From Squalus acanthias (lineage: Eukaryota): a stretch of 64,000 nucleotides of DNA. Made by a program: the position numbers and the translations under genes. Of the stretch, positions 62,181 to 64,000 are shown in pieces (positions within the stretch are counted from its first letter, which is position 1; each line of letters opens with the position of its first letter). The stretch lies in contig CM059431.1 of assembly GCA_030390025.1 (NCBI GenBank), positions 104,906,001 to 104,970,000 on the forward strand. The letters run 5' to 3'. The notes under the pieces were generated by a model. That model saw only the letters and a list, made by a program, of their open reading frames with translations. It searched no databases and was not told where the DNA came from.

Positions 62181-63974
62181 TCACGTTCTGTATCGTGACA
62201 TGAACCCGATATCGCGATTGAGGCCATCCTCATGAGTGCGGAACTTGGCTATCAGTTTCTGCTCTATGATTTTGCGCTGTCGTGTATCCCGAAGGCCGCC
62301 TTGGAGAACGCTTACCCGCAGATCCGAGGCTGAATGCCCCTGGCTGCTGAAGTGTTCCCCGACTGGGAGGCAACCCTCCTGCCTGGCGATTGTTGCGCGG
62401 TGTCCGTTCATACGTTGTCTCAGTGTCTGCATGGTCTCGCCGATGTACCATGCTCTGGAGCATCCTTTACTGCAACGTATCAGGTAGACAACGTTGGCCG
62501 AGTCACATGAGTATGTACCATGTACCTGGTGGGTAGTGTCCTCACGTGTGATGATGGTATCTGTGTCCATGATTTGGCATGTCTTGCAGAGGTTGCCGTG
62601 GCAGGGTTGTGTGGTGTCGTGGTTGCTGTTCTCCTGAAAGATGGGTAATCTGCTGCGAACTATGGTACTTTTGAGGTTAGGCGGCTGCTTGAAGGCGAGT
62701 AGTGGAGGCGTGGGGATGGCCTTAGCAAGGTGTTCGTTGTCATCGATGACATGTTGAAGGCTGCGAAGAACATGGCGTAGTTTTTCCGCTCCGGGGAAGT
62801 ACTGGACGACGTAGGGTACTCTGTTGGTTGTGTCCCGTGTTCGTCTTCTGAGGAGGTCTATGCGGTTTTTCGCTGTGGCCCGTCGGAACTGTCGATCGAC
62901 GAGTCGAGCGTCATATCCCGTTCTTACGAGGGCGTCTTTCAGTGTCCGTAGGTGTCCATCGCGTTCCTCCTCGTCTGAGCAGATCCTGTGTATTCGCAGG
63001 GCTTGTCCATAGGGAATGGCTTCTTTAACGTGGTTAGGGTGGAAGCTGGAGAAGTGGAGCATCGTGAGGTTGTCCGTGGGCTTGCGGTAGAGTGAAGTGC
63101 TGAGGCGTCCGTCTTTGATGGAGATTCGTGTGTCCAAGAATGAAACCGATTCTGAGGAGTAGTCCATGGTGAGTTTGATGGTGGGATGGAACCTGTTGAT
63201 GCTATCGTGTAGTCCTTTCAGTGATCCTTCGCTGTGGGTCCAAAGGAAGAAGATGTCGTCGATGTATCTGGTGTACAGCGTTGGTTGGAGGTCCTGTGCA
63301 GCGAAGAAGTCTTGCTCGAACTTGTGCATGAAGATGTTGGCGTATTGGGGTGCGAATTTGGTCCCCATGGCTGTTCCGTGTGTTTGGGTAAAAAAATGGT
63401 TGTCGAAGGTGAAGACATTGTGGTCAAGGATGAAGCGGATGAGTTGTAGGATGGCGTCTGGAGATTGGCTGTTGTTGGTGTTGAGTACTGAGGCTGTCGC
63501 AGCGATGCCGTCATTGTGGGGGATATTGGTGTAGAGTGCCGATACGTCCATCGTGACGAGGAGTGTTCCTGGTTCAACTGGTCCATGGGTGCTGAGTTTC
63601 TGCAAGAAGTCTGTAGTGTCGCGACAGAAGCTGGGGGTTCCCTGTACGATGGGTTTCAGGATGCCCTCGACGTACCCAGAGAGGTTCTCACACAGGGTTC
63701 CGTTGCCTGATACGATAGGACGTCCGGGTGTGTTGGCTTTGTGTATCTTTGGGAGGCAGTAAAAGTCTCCTATGCGGGGAGTACGTGGGATGAGAGCGCG
63801 TAGGATGTTTTGAAGGTCTGGATCGAAGGTCTTGATCAGTCTATTGAGTTGGCGGGTGTGTTCTTTGGTCGGATCTGCGGGTAGCTGTCTGTAGTGTTCC
63901 TGGTTGTCCAGTTGTCGGTATGCTTCTTTGCAATAGTCCATTCTGTTCTGTATGACGATGGCTCCTCCTTTGTC
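62181..63974 (-). CDS. Penelope-like reverse transcriptase with GIY-YIG endonuclease (N-terminally truncated)
   Basis: DKGGAIVI upstream of the listed Met; LPKIHK, GRPIVS, MDVSALYTNI, GTAMG and RYIDDIF motifs; Cys linker CHGNLCKTC; NVVYLIRC..YIGET; no stops or frameshifts. Confidence 0.96.
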   Translation of the reverse strand, partial: DKGGAIVIQNRMDYCKEAYRQLDNQEHYRQLPADPTKEHTRQLNRLIKTFDPDLQNILRALIPRTPRIGDFYCLPKIHKANTPGRPIVSGNGTLCENLSGYVEGILKPIVQGTPSFCRDTTDFLQKLSTHGPVEPGTLLVTMDVSALYTNIPHNDGIAATASVLNTNNSQSPDAILQLIRFILDHNVFTFDNHFFTQTHGTAMGTKFAPQYANIFMHKFEQDFFAAQDLQPTLYTRYIDDIFFLWTHSEGSLKGLHDSINRFHPTIKLTMDYSSESVSFLDTRISIKDGRLSTSLYRKPTDNLTMLHFSSFHPNHVKEAIPYGQALRIHRICSDEEERDGHLRTLKDALVRTGYDARLVDRQFRRATAKNRIDLLRRRTRDTTNRVPYVVQYFPGAEKLRHVLRSLQHVIDDNEHLAKAIPTPPLLAFKQPPNLKSTIVRSRLPIFQENSNHDTTQPCHGNLCKTCQIMDTDTIITREDTTHQVHGTYSCDSANVVYLIRCSKGCSRAWYIGETMQTLRQRMNGHRATIARQEGCLPVGEHFSSQGHSASDLRVSVLQGGLRDTRQRKIIEQKLIAKFRTHEDGLNRDIGFMSRYRT

Positions 63975-64000
63975 CGTTGGACTATAACCTGGTGTTGTGC

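Larger units (their letters stand above)
61821..64000 (-). mobile_element. Penelope-like retroelement (probably Neptune group), 5'-truncated with inverted terminal copy
   Basis: RT + GIY-YIG ORF, 3' terminal region with hammerhead; from 63976 the sequence switches to an inverted copy of 61871-61895. Confidence 0.95.

Overview
Repeat-rich vertebrate genomic DNA, inferred to be elasmobranch (shark) from HE1-type V-SINEs, SacSINE1/DeuSINE-like SINEs and CR1/L2 LINE fragments. No complete, recognisable host gene is present. Main contents: (i) a ~12.5-kb array of ~80-bp units (26.6-39.1 kb) with higher-order duplications and a 5'-truncated CR1 insertion; (ii) a full-length PIF/Harbinger transposon (55797-59889) with an intact DDE transposase ORF and a convergent three-exon Myb/SANT gene, plus related MITEs; (iii) a 5'-truncated Penelope-like element (RT + GIY-YIG, 61821-64000) and several small Penelope-derived insertions, many palindromic, carrying minimal hammerhead-ribozyme motifs; (iv) a Vingi-like LINE 3' end; (v) a ~115-bp GATAD2A (p66-alpha) CR1 coiled-coil fragment flanked by an 8-bp direct repeat and preceded by a complete splice acceptor in phase with two upstream candidate exons; (vi) repeat-free, TAAT-rich blocks resembling conserved non-coding elements. 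Family names come from motif recognition by eye, not database searches, and boundaries of degraded repeats are approximate.
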